Assembly (NCBI GenBank): GCA_964057225.1
Contig: OZ059895.1
Coordinates: forward strand, 22,506,001 to 22,570,000
DNA length: 64,000 bases
Direction: 5' to 3'
DNA from: Auanema rhodensis
Lineage: Eukaryota > Animalia > Nematoda
Shown here: positions 1 to 14,783 of the stretch, in pieces
Numbering within the stretch: the first letter of the stretch is position 1
Layout: each line of letters starts with the position of its first letter
Notes under the pieces: generated by a model
Seen by the model: the letters and a program-made list of their open reading frames with translations, nothing else
Told to the model about the DNA's origin: nothing
Databases searched by the model: none
Translations under genes and position numbers: made by a program

Positions 1-176
1 TAGATTCCCCATTTCCATATTAGTCTAAAAACAATATTTTATTGATATTGGTGCATGGCAACCATGACTTTAAAATTTACGTGAACTTTAATTTATGCTA
101 ATAAAGTGTACACATGATGTGCACTTGGTATGTAACTCGCTTCACGTGAAAGATAAAGAGATGCGGTTTTCAAAAT

Positions 177-2288
177 TAGATTCCCCATTTTCATATTAGT
201 CTAAAAACAATATTTTATTGATATTGGTGCATGGCAACCATGACTTTAAAATTTACGTGAACTTTAATTTATGCTAATTAAGTGTACACATGATGTGCAC
301 TTGGTATGTAACTCGCTTCACGTCAAAGATAAAGAGATGCGGTTTTCAAAATTAGATTCCCCATGTCCATATTAGTCTAAAAACAAATTTTTGTTGATAT
401 TGGTGGATGGTAACCATGACTTTGTAATTTACGTGAACTTTAATTTATGCTAATTAAGTGTACACATGATGTGCGCTTGGTATGTAACTCGCTTCACGTG
501 AAAGATAAAGAGATGCGGTTTTCAAAATTAGATTCCCCATTTCCATATTAGTCTAAAAACAATATTTTATTGATATTGGTGCATGGCAACCATGACTTTA
601 AAATTTACGTGAACTTTAATTTATGCTAATTAAGTGTACACATGATGTGCACTTGGTATGTAACTCGCTTCACGTCAAAGATAAAGAGATGCGGTTTTCA
701 AAATTAGATTCCCCATGTCCATATTAGTCTAAAAACAAATTTTTATTAATATTGGTGCATGGTAACCATGACTTTGAAATTTACGTGAACTTTAATTTAT
801 GCTAATTAAGTGTACACATGATGTGCGCTTGGTATGTAACTCGCTTCACGTGAAAGATAAAGAGATGCGGTTTTCAAAATTAGATTCCTCATGTCCATAC
901 TAGTCTAAAAACGAATTTTTATTGATATTGATGCATGGTAACCATGACTTTGAAATTTACGTGAACTTTAATTTATGCTTATTAAGTGTACACGTGATGT
1001 GCACTTGGTATGTAACTTGCTTCACGTGAAAGATAAAGGGATGCGGTTTTCAAAATTAGATTTCCCATTTCCATATTAGTCTAAAAACAATATTTTATTG
1101 ATATTGGTGCATGGCAACCATGACTTTAAAATTTACGTGAACTTTAATTTATGCTAATTAAGTGTACACATGATGTGCACTTGGTATGTAACTCGCTTCA
1201 CGTCAAAGATAAAGAGATGCGGTTTTCAAAATTAGATTCCCCATTTTTATATTAGTCTAAAAACAATATTTTATTGATATTGGTGCATGGCAACCATGAC
1301 TTTAAAATTTACGTGAACTTTAATTTATGCTAATTAAGTGTACACATGATGTGCACTTGGTATGTAACTCGCTTCACGTCAAAGATAAAGAGATGCGGTT
1401 TTCAAAATTAGATTCCCCATGTCCATATTAGTCTAAAAACAAATTTTTGTTGATATTGGTGGATGGTAACCATGACTTTGTAATTTACGTGAACTTTAAT
1501 TTATGCTAATTAAGTGTACACATGATGTGCGCTTGGTATGTAACTCGCTTCACGTGAAAGATAAAGAGATGCGGTTTTCAAAATTAGATTCCCCATTTCC
1601 ATATTAGTCTAAAAACAATATTTTATTGATATTGGTGCATGGCAACCATGACTTTAAAATTTACGTGAACTTTAATTTATGCTAATTAAGTGTACACATG
1701 ATGTGCACTTGGTATGTAACTCGCTTCACGTCAAAGATAAAGAGATGCGGTTTTCAAAATTAGATTCCCCATGTCCATATTAGTCTAAAAACAAATTTTT
1801 ATTAATATTGGTGCATGGTAACCATGACTTTGAAATTTACGTGAACTTTAATTTATGCTAATTAAGTGTACACATGATGTGCGCTTGGTATGTAACTCGC
1901 TTCACGTGAAAGATAAAGAGATGCGGTTTTCAAAATTAGATTCCTCATGTCCATACTAGTCTAAAAACGAATTTTTATTGATATTGATGCATGGTAACCA
2001 TGACTTTGAAATTTACGTGAACTTTAATTTATGCTTATTAAGTGTACACGTGATGTGCACTTGGTATGTAACTTGCTTCACGTGAAAGATAAAGGGATGC
2101 GGTTTTCAAAATTAGATTTCCCATTTCCATATTAGTCTAAAAACAATATTTTATTGATATTGGTGCATGGCAACCATGACTTTAAAATTTACGTGAACTT
2201 TAATTTATGCTAATTAAGTGTACACATGATGTGCACTTGGTATGTAACTCGCTTCACGTCAAAGATAAAGAGATGCGGTTTTCAAAAT
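177..2288. repeat. Tandem duplication of a 6-monomer block (1056 bp) in the 176-bp array
   Basis: The same order of variant monomers occurs in 177-1232 and 1233-2288. The rare start TAGATTTCCC is at 1057 and 2113, and the TTCCTC..CATACTAG monomer is at 881 and 1937 (offset 1056). Confidence 0.85.
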
Positions 2289-4048
2289 TAGATTCCCCAT
2301 GTCCATATTAGTCTAATAACAAATTTTTATTAATATTGGTGCATGGTAACCATGACTTTGAAATTTACGTGAACTTTAATTTATGCTAATTAAGTGTACA
2401 CATGAAGTGCGCTTGGTATGTAACTCGCTTCACGTGAAAGATAAAGAGATGCGGTTTTCAAAATTAGATTCCTCATGTCCATACTAGTCTAAAAACGAAT
2501 TTTTATTGATATTGATGCATGGTAACCATGACTTTGAAATTTACGTGAACTTTAATTTATGCTTATTAAGTGTACACGTGATGTGCACTTGGTATGTAAC
2601 TTGCTTCACGTGAAAGATAAAGGGATGCGGTTTTCAAAATTAGATTCCCCATGTCCATATTAGTCTAAAAACAAATTTTTATTAATATTGGTACATGGTA
2701 ACCATGACTTTGAAATTTACGTGAACTTTAATTTATGCTAATTAAGTGTACACATGATGTGCGCTTGGTATGTAACTCGCTTCACGTGAAAGATAAAGAG
2801 ATGCGGTTTTCAAAATTAGATTCCCCATTTCCATATTAGTCTAAAAACAATATTTTATTGATATTGGTGCATGGCAACCATGACTTTAAAATTTACGTGA
2901 ACTTTAATTTATGCTAATTAAGTGTACACATGATGTGCACTTGGTATGTAACTCGCTTCACGTCAAAGATAAAGAGATGCGGTTTTCAAAATTAGATTCC
3001 CCATGTCCATATTAGTCTAAAAACAAATTTTTATTAATATTGGTGCATGGTAACCATGACTTTGAAATTTACGTGAACTTTAATTTATGCTAATTAAGTG
3101 TACACATGATGTGCGCTTGGTATGTAACTCGCTTCACGTGAAAGATAAAGAGATGCGGTTTTCAAAATTAGATTCCTCATGTCCATAGTAGTCTAAAAAC
3201 GAATTTTTATTGATATTGATGCATGGTAACCATGACTTTGAAATTTACGTGAACTTTAATTTATGCTTATTAAGTTTACACGTGATGTGCACTTGGTATG
3301 TAACTTGCTTCACGTGAAAGATAAAGGGATACGGTTTTCAAAATTAGATTCCCCATGTCCATATTAGTCTAAAAACAAATTTTTGTTGATATTGGTGGAT
3401 GGTAACCATGACTTTGTAATTTACGTGAACTTTAATTTATGCTAATTAAGTGTACACGTGATGTGCACTTGGTATGTAACTTGCTTCACGTGAAAGATAA
3501 AGGGATGCGGTTTTCAAAATTAGATTCCCCATTTCCATATTAGTCTAAAAACAATATTTTATTGATATTGGTGCATGGCAACCATGACTTTAAAATTTAC
3601 GTGAACTTTAATTTATGCTAATTAAGTGTACACATGATGTGCACTTGGTATGTAACTCGCTTCACGTCAAAGATAAAGAGATGCGGTTTTCAAAATTAGA
3701 TTCCCCATGTCCATATTAGTCTAAAAACAAATTTTTGTTGATATTGGTGCATGGCAACCATGACTTTAAAATTTACGTGAACTTTAATTTATGCTAATTA
3801 AGTGTACACATGATGTGCACTTGGTATGTAACTCGCTTCACGTGAAAGATAAAGGGATGCGGTTTTCAAAATTAGATTCCCCATGTCCATATTAGTCTAA
3901 AAACAAATTTTTGTTGATATTGGTGCATGGCAACCATGACTTTGAAATTTACGTGAACTTTAATTTATGCTAATTAAGTGTACACATGATGTGCACTTGG
4001 TATGTAACTCGCTTCACGTGAAAGATAAAGAGATGCGGTTTTCAAAAT

Positions 4049-7000
4049 TAGATTCCCCATTTTCATATTAGTCTAAAAACAATAATTTATTGATATTGGT
4101 GCATGGCAACCATGACTTTAAAATTTACGTGAACTTTAATTTATGCTAATTAAGTGTACACATGATGTGCACTTGGTATGTAACTCGCTTCACGTCAAAG
4201 ATAAAGAGATGCGGTTTTCAAAATTAGATTCCCCATGTCCATATTAGTCTAAAAACAAATTTTTATTGATATTGGTGCATGGCAACCATGACTTTGAAAT
4301 TTACGTGAACTTTAATTTATGCTAATTAAGTGTACACATGATGTGCACTTGGTATGTAACTCGCTTCACGTCAAAGATAAAGAGATGCGGTTTTCAAAAT
4401 TAGATTCCCCATGTCCATATTAGTCTAAAAACAAATTTTTGTTGATATTGGTGAATGGTAACCATGACTTTGAAATTTACGTGAACTTTAATTTATGCTA
4501 ATTAAGTGTACACATGATGTGCGCTTGGTATGTAACTTGCTTCACGTGAAAGATAAAGGGATGCGGTTTTCAAAATTAGATTCCCCATGTCCATATTAGC
4601 CTAAAAACAAATTTTTGTTGATATTGGTGGATGGTAACCATGACTTTGAAATTTACGTGAACTTTAATTTATGCTAATTAAGTGTACACGTGATGTGCAC
4701 TCGGTATGTAACTCGCTTCACGTGAAATATGAAGAGATGCGGTTTTCAAAATTAGATTCCCCATGTCCATATTAGTCTAAAAACAAATTTTTATTGATAT
4801 TGGTGCATGGCAACCATGACTTTAAAATTTACGTGAACTTTAATTTATGCTAATTAAGTGTACACATGATGTGCACTTGGTATGTAACTCGCTTCACGTG
4901 AAATATGAAGAGATGCGGTTTTCAAAATTAGATTCCCCATGTCCATATTAGTCTAAAAACAAATTTTTGTTGATATTGGTGAATGGTAACCATGACTTTG
5001 AAATTTACGTGATCTTTAATTTATGCTAATTAAGTGTACACATGATGTGCACTTGGTATGTAACTCGCTTCACGTCAAAGATAAAGAGATGCGGTTTTCA
5101 AAATTAGATTCCCCATGTCCATATTAGTCTAAAAACAAATTTTTGTTGATATTGGTGAATGGTAACCATGACTTTGAAATTTACGTGAACTTTAATTTAT
5201 GCTAATTAAGTGTACACATGATGTGCGCTTGGTATGTAACTTGCTTCACGTGAAAGATAAAGGGATGCGGTTTTCAAAATTAGATTCCCCATGTCCATAT
5301 TAGTCTAAAAACAAATTTTTGTTGATATTGGTGGATGGTAACCATGACTTTGAAATTTACGTGAACTTTAATTTATGCTAATTAAGTGTACACGTGATGT
5401 GCACTCGGTATGTAACTCGCTTCACGTGAAATATGAAGAGATGCGGTTTTCAAAATTAGATTCCCCATGTCCATATTAGTCTAAAAACAAATTTTTATTG
5501 ATATTGGTGCATGGCAACCATGACTTTAAAATTTACGTGAACTTTAATTTATGCTAATTAAGTGTACACATGATGTGCACTTGGTATGTAACTCGCTTCA
5601 CGTCAAAGATAAAGAGATGCGGTTTTCAAAATTAGATTCCCCATGTCCATATTAGTCCAAAAACAAATTTTTATTAATATTGGTGCTTGGTAACCATGAC
5701 TTTGAAATTTACGTGAACTTTAATTTATGCTAATTAAGTGAACACATGATGTGCACTTGGTATGTAACTCGCTTCACGTGAAAGATAGAGAGATGCGGTT
5801 TTCAAAATAGATTCCCCCATGTCCATATTAGTCTAAAAACAAATTTTTGTTGATATTGGTGCATGGCAACCATGACTTTAAAATTTACGTGAACTTTAAT
5901 TTATGCTAATTAAGTGTACACATGATGTGCACTTGGTATGTAACTCGCTTCACGTGAAAGATAAAGAGATGCAGTTTTCAAAATTAGATTCCCCATGTCC
6001 ATATTAGTCTAAAAACAAATTTTTGTTGATATTGGTGAATGGTAACCATGACTTTGAAATTTACGTGAACTTTAATTTATGCTAATTAAGTGTACACATG
6101 ATGTGCGCTTGGTATGTAACTTGCTTCACGTGAAAGATAAAGGGATGCGGTTTTCAAAATTAGATTCCCCATGTCCATATTAGTCTAAAAACAAATTTTT
6201 GTTGATATTGGTGCATGGCAACCATGACTTTGAAATTTACGTGAACTTTAATTTATGCTAATTAAGTGTACACATGATGTGCACTTGCTATGTAACTCGC
6301 TTCACGTGAAAGATAAAGAGATGCGGTTTTCAAAATTAGATTCCCCATTTTCATATTAGTCTAAAAACAATAATTTATTGATATTGGTGCATGGCAACCA
6401 TGACTTTAAAATTTACGTGAACTTTAATTTATGCTAATTAAGTGTACACATGATGTGCACTTGGTATGTAACTCGCTTCACGTCAAAGATAAAGAGATGC
6501 GGTTTTCAAAATTAGATTCCCCATGTCCATATTAGTCTAAAAACAAATTTTTATTGATATTGGTGCATGGCAACCATGACTTTGAAATTTACGTGAACTT
6601 TAATTTATGCTAATTAAGTGTACACATGATGTGCACTTGGTATGTAACTCGCTTCACGTCAAAGATAAAGAGATGCGGTTTTCAAAATTAGATTCCCCAT
6701 TTTCATATTAGTCTAAAAACAATAATTTATTGATATTGGTGCATGGCAACCATGACTTTAAAATTTACGTGAACTTTAATTTATGCTAATTAAGTGTACA
6801 CATGATGTGCACTTGGTATGTAACTCGCTTCACGTCAAAGATAAAGAGATGCGGTTTTCAAAATTAGATTCCCCATGTCCATATTAGTCTAAAAACAAAT
6901 TTTTATTGATATTGGTGCATGGCAACCATGACTTTGAAATTTACGTGAACTTTAATTTATGCTAATTAAGTGTACACATGATGTGCACTTGGTATGTAAC

Positions 7001-9855
7001 TCGCTTCACGTCAAAGATAAAGAGATGCGGTTTTCAAAATTTGATTCCCCATGTCCATATTAGTCTAAAAACAAATTTTTGTTGATATTGGTGAATGGTA
7101 ACCATGACTTTGAAATTTACGTGAACTTTAATTTATGCTAATTAAGTGTACACATGATGTGCGCTTGGTATGTAACTTGCTTCACGTGAAAGATAAAGGG
7201 ATGCGGTTTTCAAAATTAGATTCCCCATGTCCATATTAGTCTAAAAACAAATTTTTGTTGATATTGGTGGATGGTAACCATGACTTTGAAATTTACGTGA
7301 ACTTTAATTTATGCTAATTAAGTGTACACGTGATGTGCACTCGGTATGTAACTCGCTTTACGTGAAATATGAAGAGATGCGGTTTTCAAAATTAGATTCC
7401 CCATGTCCATATTAGTCTAAAAACAAATTTTTATTGATATTGGTGCATGGCAACCATGACTTTAAAATTTACGTGAACTTTAATTTATGCTAATTAAGTG
7501 TACACATGATGTGCACTTGGTATGTAACTCGCTTCACGTGAAATATGAAGAGATGCGGTTTTCAAAATTAGATTCCCCATGTCCATATTAGTCTAAAAAC
7601 AAATTTTTGTTGATATTGGTGAATGGTAACCATGACTTTGAAATTTACGTGAACTTTAATTTATGCTAATTAAGTGTACACATGATGTGCACTTGGTATG
7701 TAACTCGCTACACGTCAAAGATAAAGAGATGCGGTTTTCAAAATTAGATTCCCCATGTCCATATTAGTCTAAAAACAAATTTTTGTTGATATTGGTGGAT
7801 GGTAACCATGACTTTGTAATTTACGTGAACTTTAATTTATGCTAATTAAGTGTACACGTGATGTGCACTTGGTATGTAACTCGCTTCACGTCAAAGATAA
7901 AGAGATGCGGTTTTCAAAATTAGATTCCCCATGTCCATATTAGTCTAAAAACAAATTTTTATTGATATTGGTGCATGGCAACCATGACTTTGAAATTTAC
8001 GTGAACTTTAATTTATGCTAATTAAGTGTACACATGATGTGCACTTGGTATGTAACTCGCTTCACGTCAAAGATAAAGAGATGCGGTTTTCAAAATTAGA
8101 TTCCCCATTTTCATATTAGTCTAAAAACAATAATTTATTGATATTGGTGCATGGCAACCATGACTTTAAAATTTACGTGAACTTTAATTTATGCTAATTA
8201 AGTGTACACATGATGTGCACTTGGTATGTAACTCGCTTCACGTCAAAGATAAAGAGATGCGGTTTTCAAAATTAGATTCCCCATGTCCATATTAGTCTAA
8301 AAACAAATTTTTATTGATATTGGTGCATGGCAACCATGACTTTGAAATTTACGTGAACTTTAATTTATGCTAATTAAGTGTACACATGATGTGCACTTGG
8401 TATGTAACTCGCTTCACGTCAAAGATAAAGAGATGCGGTTTTCAAAATTTGATTCCCCATGTCCATATTAGTCTAAAAACAAATTTTTGTTGATATTGGT
8501 GAATGGTAACCATGACTTTGAAATTTACGTGAACTTTAATTTATGCTAATTAAGTGTACACATGATGTGCGCTTGGTATGTAACTTGCTTCACGTGAAAG
8601 ATAAAGGGATGCGGTTTTCAAAATTAGATTCCCCATGTCCATATTAGTCTAAAAACAAATTTTTGTTGATATTGGTGGATGGTAACCATGACTTTGAAAT
8701 TTACGTGAACTTTAATTTATGCTAATTAAGTGTACACGTGATGTGCACTCGGTATGTAACTCGCTTCACGTGAAATATGAAGAGATGCGGTTTTCAAAAT
8801 TAGATTCCCCATGTCCATATTAGTCTAAAAACAAATTTTTATTGATATTGGTGCATGGCAACCATGACTTTAAAATTTACGTGAACTTTAATTTATGCTA
8901 ATTAAGTGTACACATGATGTGCACTTGGTATGTAACTCGCTTCACGTGAAATATGAAGAGATGCGGTTTTCAAAATTAGATTCCCCATGTCCATATTAGT
9001 CTAAAAACAAATTTTTGTTGATATTGGTGAATGGTAACCATGACTTTGAAATTTACGTGAACTTTAATTTATGCTAATTAAGTGTACACATGATGTGCAC
9101 TTGGTATGTAACTCGCTACACGTCAAAGATAAAGAGATGCGGTTTTCAAAATTAGATTCCCCATGTCCATATTAGTCTAAAAACAAATTTTTGTTGATAT
9201 TGGTGAATGGTAACCATGACTTTGAAATTTACGTGAACTTTAATTTATGCTAATTAAGTGTACACATGATGTGCGCTTGGTATGTAACTTGCTTCACGTG
9301 AAAGATAAAGGGATGCGGTTTTCAAAATTAGATTCCCCATGTCCATATTAGTCTAAAACAAATTTTTGTTGATATTGGTGGATGGTAACCATGACTTTGA
9401 AATTTACGTGAACTTTAATTTATGCTAATTAAGTGTACACGTGATGTGCACTCGGTATGTAACTCGCTTCACGTGAAATATGAAGAGATGCGGTTTTCAA
9501 AATTAGATTCCCCATGTCCATATTAGTCTAAAAACAAATTTTTATTGATATTGGTGCATGGCAACCATGACTTTAAAATTTACGTGAACTTTAATTTATG
9601 CTAATTAAGTGTACACATGATGTGCACTTGGTATGTAACTCGCTTCACGTCAAAGATAAAGAGATGCGGTTTTCAAAATTAGATTCCCCATGTCCATATT
9701 AGTCCAAAAACAAATTTTTATTAATATTGGTGCTTGGTAACCATGACTTTGAAATTTACGTGAACTTTAATTTATGCTAATTAAGTGAACACATGATGTG
9801 CACTTGGTATGTAACTCGCTTCACGTGAAAGATAGAGAGATGCGGTTTTCAAAAT
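4049..9855. repeat. Distinct variant domain of the 176-bp array with a 10-monomer block repeated (4049-5808 and 8097-9855)
   Basis: The variants GGTGAATGG, GAAATATGAAG and ACAATAATTT occur only here. The distinctive monomer AGTCCAAAAA/TGCTTGG/GTGAACAC/GATAGAGAG is at 5633 and 9680 (offset 4047 = 23x176-1). Confidence 0.85.
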
Positions 9856-12800
9856 AGATTCCCCCATGTCCATATTAGTCTAAAAACGAATATTTATTGA
9901 TATTGATTCATGGTAACCATGACTTTGAAAATTACGTGAACTTTAATTTATGCTTATTAAGTGTACACGTGATGTGCACTTGGTATGTAACTCGCTTCAC
10001 GTGAAAGATAAAGGGATGCGGTTTTCAAAATTAGATTCCCCATGTCCATATTAGTCTAAAAACAAATTTTTATTAATATTGGTGCATGGTAACCATGACT
10101 TTGAAATTTACGTGAACTTTAATTTATGCTAATTAAGTGTACACATGATGTGCACTTGGTATGTAACTCGCTTCACGTCAAAGATAAAGAGATGCGGTTT
10201 TCAAAATTAGATTCCCCATGTCCATATTAGTCTAAAAACAAATTTTTATTAATATTGGTGCATGGTAACCATGACTTTGAAATTTACGTGAACTTTAATT
10301 TATGCTAATTAAGTGTACACATGATGTGCGCTTGGTATGTAACTCGCTTCACGTGAAAGATAAAGAGATGCGGTTTTCAAAATTAGATTCCTCATGTCCA
10401 TACTAGTCTAAAAACGAATTTTTATTGATATTGATGCATGGTAACCATGACTTTGAAATTTACGTGAACTTTAATTTATGCTTATTAAGTGTACACGTGA
10501 TGTGCACTTGGTATGTAACTTGCTTCACGTGAAAGATAAAGGGATACGGTTTTCAAAATTAGATTCCCCATGTCCATATTAGTCTAAAAACAAATTTTTG
10601 TTGATATTGGTGGATGGTAACCATGACTTTGTAATTTACGTGAACTTTAATTTATGCTAATTAAGTGTACACGTGATGTGCACTTGGTATGTAACTTGCT
10701 TCACGTGAAAGATAAAGGGATGCGGTTTTCAAAATTAGATTCCCCATTTCCATATTAGTCTAAAAACAATATTTTATTGATATTGGTGCATGGCAACCAT
10801 GACTTTAAAATTTACGTGAACTTTAATTTATGCTAATTAAGTGTACACATGATGTGCACTTGGTATGTAACTCGCTTCACGTCAAAGATAAAGAGATGCG
10901 GTTTTCAAAATTAGATTCCCCATGTCCATATTAGTCTAAAAACAAATTTTTATTAATATTGGTGCATGGTAACCATGACTTTGAAATTTACGTGAACTTT
11001 AATTTATGCTAATTAAGTGTACACATGAAGTGCGCTTGGTATGTAACTCGCTTCACGTGAAAGATAAAGAGATGCGGTTTTCAAAATTAGATTCCTCATG
11101 TCCATACTAGTCTAAAAACGAATTTTTATTGATATTGATGCATGGTAACCATGACTTTGAAATTTACGTGAACTTTAATTTATGCTTATTAAGTGTACAC
11201 GTGATGTGCACTTGGTATGTAACTTGCTTCACGTGAAAGATAAAGGGATGCGGTTTTCAAAATTAGATTTCCCATGTCCATATTAGTCTAAAAACAAATT
11301 TTTATTAATATTGGTGCATGGTAACCATGACTTTGAAATTTACGTGAACTTTAATTTATGCTAATTAAGTGTACACATGATGTGCGCTTGGTATGTAACT
11401 CGCTTCACGTGAAAGATAAAGAGATGCGGTTTTCAAAATTAGATTCCCCATTTCCATATTAGTCTAAAAACAATATTTTATTGATATTGGTGCATGGCAA
11501 CCATGACTTTAAAATTTACGTGAACTTTAATTTATGCTAATTAAGTGTACACATGATGTGCACTTGGTATGTAACTCGCTTCACGTCAAAGATAAAGAGA
11601 TGCGGTTTTCAAAATTAGATTCCCCATGTCCATATTAGTCTAAAAACAAATTTTTGTTGATATTGGTGGATGGTAACCATGACTTTGTAATTTACGTGAA
11701 CTTTAATTTATGCTAATTAAGTGTACACATGATGTGCGCTTGGTATGTAACTCGCTTCACGTGAAAGATAAAGAGATGCGGTTTTCAAAATTAGATTCCT
11801 CATGTCCATACTAGTCTAAAAACGAATTTTTATTGATATTGATGCATGGTAACCATGACTTTGAAATTTACGTGAACTTTAATTTATGCTTATTAAGTGT
11901 ACACGTGATGTGCACTTGGTATGTAACTTGCTTCACGTGAAAGATAAAGGGATACGGTTTTCAAAATTAGATTCCCCATGTCCATATTAGTCTAAAAACA
12001 AATTTTTGTTGATATTGGTGGATGGTAACCATGACTTTGTAATTTACGTGAACTTTAATTTATGCTAATTAAGTGTACACGTGATGTGCACTTGGTATGT
12101 AACTTGCTTCACGTGAAAGATAAAGGGATGCGGTTTTCGAAATAGATTCCCCCATGTCCATATTAGTCTAAAAACGAATATTTATTGATATTGATTCATG
12201 GTAACCATGACTTTGAAATTTACGTGAACTTTAATTTATGCTTATTAAGTGTACACGTGATGTGCACTTGGTATGTAACTTGCTTCACGTGAAAGATAAA
12301 GGGATACGGTTTTCAAAATTAGATTCCCCATGTCCATATTAGTCTAAAAACAAATTTTTGTTGATATTGGTGGATGGTAACCATGACTTTGTAATTTACG
12401 TGAACTTTAATTTATGCTAATTAAGTGTACACGTGATGTGCACTTGGTATGTAACTTGCTTCACGTGAAAGATAAAGGGATGCGGTTTTCGAAATAGATT
12501 CCCCCATGTCCATATTAGTCTAAAAACGAATATTTATTGATATTGATTCATGGTAACCATGACTTTGAAAATTACGTGAACTTTAATTTATGCTTATTAA
12601 GTGTACACGTGATGTGCACTTGGTATGTAACTCGCTTCACGTGAAAGATAAAGGGATGCGGTTTTCAAAATTAGATTCCCCATGTCCATATTAGTCTAAA
12701 AACAAATTTTTATTAATATTGGTGCATGGTAACCATGACTTTGAAATTTACGTGAACTTTAATTTATGCTAATTAAGTGTACACATGATGTGCACTTGGT

Positions 12801-14783
12801 ATGTAACTCGCTTCACGTCAAAGATAAAGAGATGCGGTTTTCAAAATTAGATTCCCCATGTCCATATTAGTCTAAAAACAAATTTTTATTAATATTGGTG
12901 CATGGTAACCATGACTTTGAAATTTACGTGAACTTTAATTTATGCTAATTAAGTGTACACATGATGTGCGCTTGGTATGTAACTCGCTTCACGTGAAAGA
13001 TAAAGAGATGCGGTTTTCAAAATTAGATTCCTCATGTCCATACTAGTCTAAAAACGAATTTTTATTGATATTGATGCATGGTAACCATGACTTTGAAATT
13101 TACGTGAACTTTAATTTATGCTTATTAAGTGTACACGTGATGTGCACTTGGTATGTAACTTGCTTCACGTGAAAGATAAAGGGATACGGTTTTCAAAATT
13201 AGATTCCCCATGTCCATATTAGTCTAAAAACAAATTTTTGTTGATATTGGTGGATGGTAACCATGACTTTGTAATTTACGTGAACTTTAATTTATGCTAA
13301 TTAAGTGTACACGTGATGTGCACTTGGTATGTAACTTGCTTCACGTGAAAGATAAAGGGATGCGGTTTTCAAAATTAGATTCCCCATTTCCATATTAGTC
13401 TAAAAACAATATTTTATTGATATTGGTGCATGGCAACCATGACTTTAAAATTTACGTGAACTTTAATTTATGCTAATTAAGTGTACACATGATGTGCACT
13501 TGGTATGTAACTCGCTTCACGTCAAAGATAAAGAGATGCGGTTTTCAAAATTAGATTCCCCATGTCCATATTAGTCTAAAAACAAATTTTTATTAATATT
13601 GGTGCATGGTAACCATGACTTTGAAATTTACGTGAACTTTAATTTATGCTAATTAAGTGTACACATGAAGTGCGCTTGGTATGTAACTCGCTTCACGTGA
13701 AAGATAAAGAGATGCGGTTTTCAAAATTAGATTCCTCATGTCCATACTAGTCTAAAAACGAATTTTTATTGATATTGATGCATGGTAACCATGACTTTGA
13801 AATTTACGTGAACTTTAATTTATGCTTATTAAGTGTACACGTGATGTGCACTTGGTATGTAACTTGCTTCACGTGAAAGATAAAGGGATGCGGTTTTCAA
13901 AATTAGATTTCCCATGTCCATATTAGTCTAAAAACAAATTTTTATTAATATTGGTGCATGGTAACCATGACTTTGAAATTTACGTGAACTTTAATTTATG
14001 CTAATTAAGTGTACACATGATGTGCGCTTGGTATGTAACTCGCTTCACGTGAAAGATAAAGAGATGCGGTTTTCAAAATTAGATTCCCCATTTCCATATT
14101 AGTCTAAAAACAATATTTTATTGATATTGGTGCATGGCAACCATGACTTTAAAATTTACGTGAACTTTAATTTATGCTAATTAAGTGTACACATGATGTG
14201 CACTTGGTATGTAACTCGCTTCACGTCAAAGATAAAGAGATGCGGTTTTCAAAATTAGATTCCCCATGTCCATATTAGTCTAAAAACAAATTTTTGTTGA
14301 TATTGGTGGATGGTAACCATGACTTTGTAATTTACGTGAACTTTAATTTATGCTAATTAAGTGTACACATGATGTGCGCTTGGTATGTAACTCGCTTCAC
14401 GTGAAAGATAAAGAGATGCGGTTTTCAAAATTAGATTCCTCATGTCCATACTAGTCTAAAAACGAATTTTTATTGATATTGATGCATGGTAACCATGACT
14501 TTGAAATTTACGTGAACTTTAATTTATGCTTATTAAGTGTACACGTGATGTGCACTTGGTATGTAACTTGCTGCACGTGAAAGATAAAGGGATACGGTTT
14601 TCAAAATTAGATTCCCCATGTCCATATTAGTCTAAAAACAAATTTTTGTTGATATTGGTGGATGGTAACCATGACTTTGTAATTTACGTGAACTTTAATT
14701 TATGCTAATTAAGTGTACACGTGATGTGCACTTGGTATGTAACTTGCTTCACGTGAAAGATAAAGGGATGCGGTTTTCAAAAT
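9856..14783. repeat. 13-monomer block duplicated at 2640-bp (15-monomer) offset
   Basis: 9856-12143 matches 12496-14783 line for line, including the rare TATTGATTCATGG / GAAAATTACG monomer. I saw one SNP (CTGCACG near 14573). Confidence 0.9.

Noticed and set aside
989-998. ATCACGTG on the minus strand, matching the budding-yeast CDEI consensus RTCACRTG
   Set aside because: It is present only in some variants, there is no CDEII/CDEIII organisation, and an 8-mer match is uninformative.
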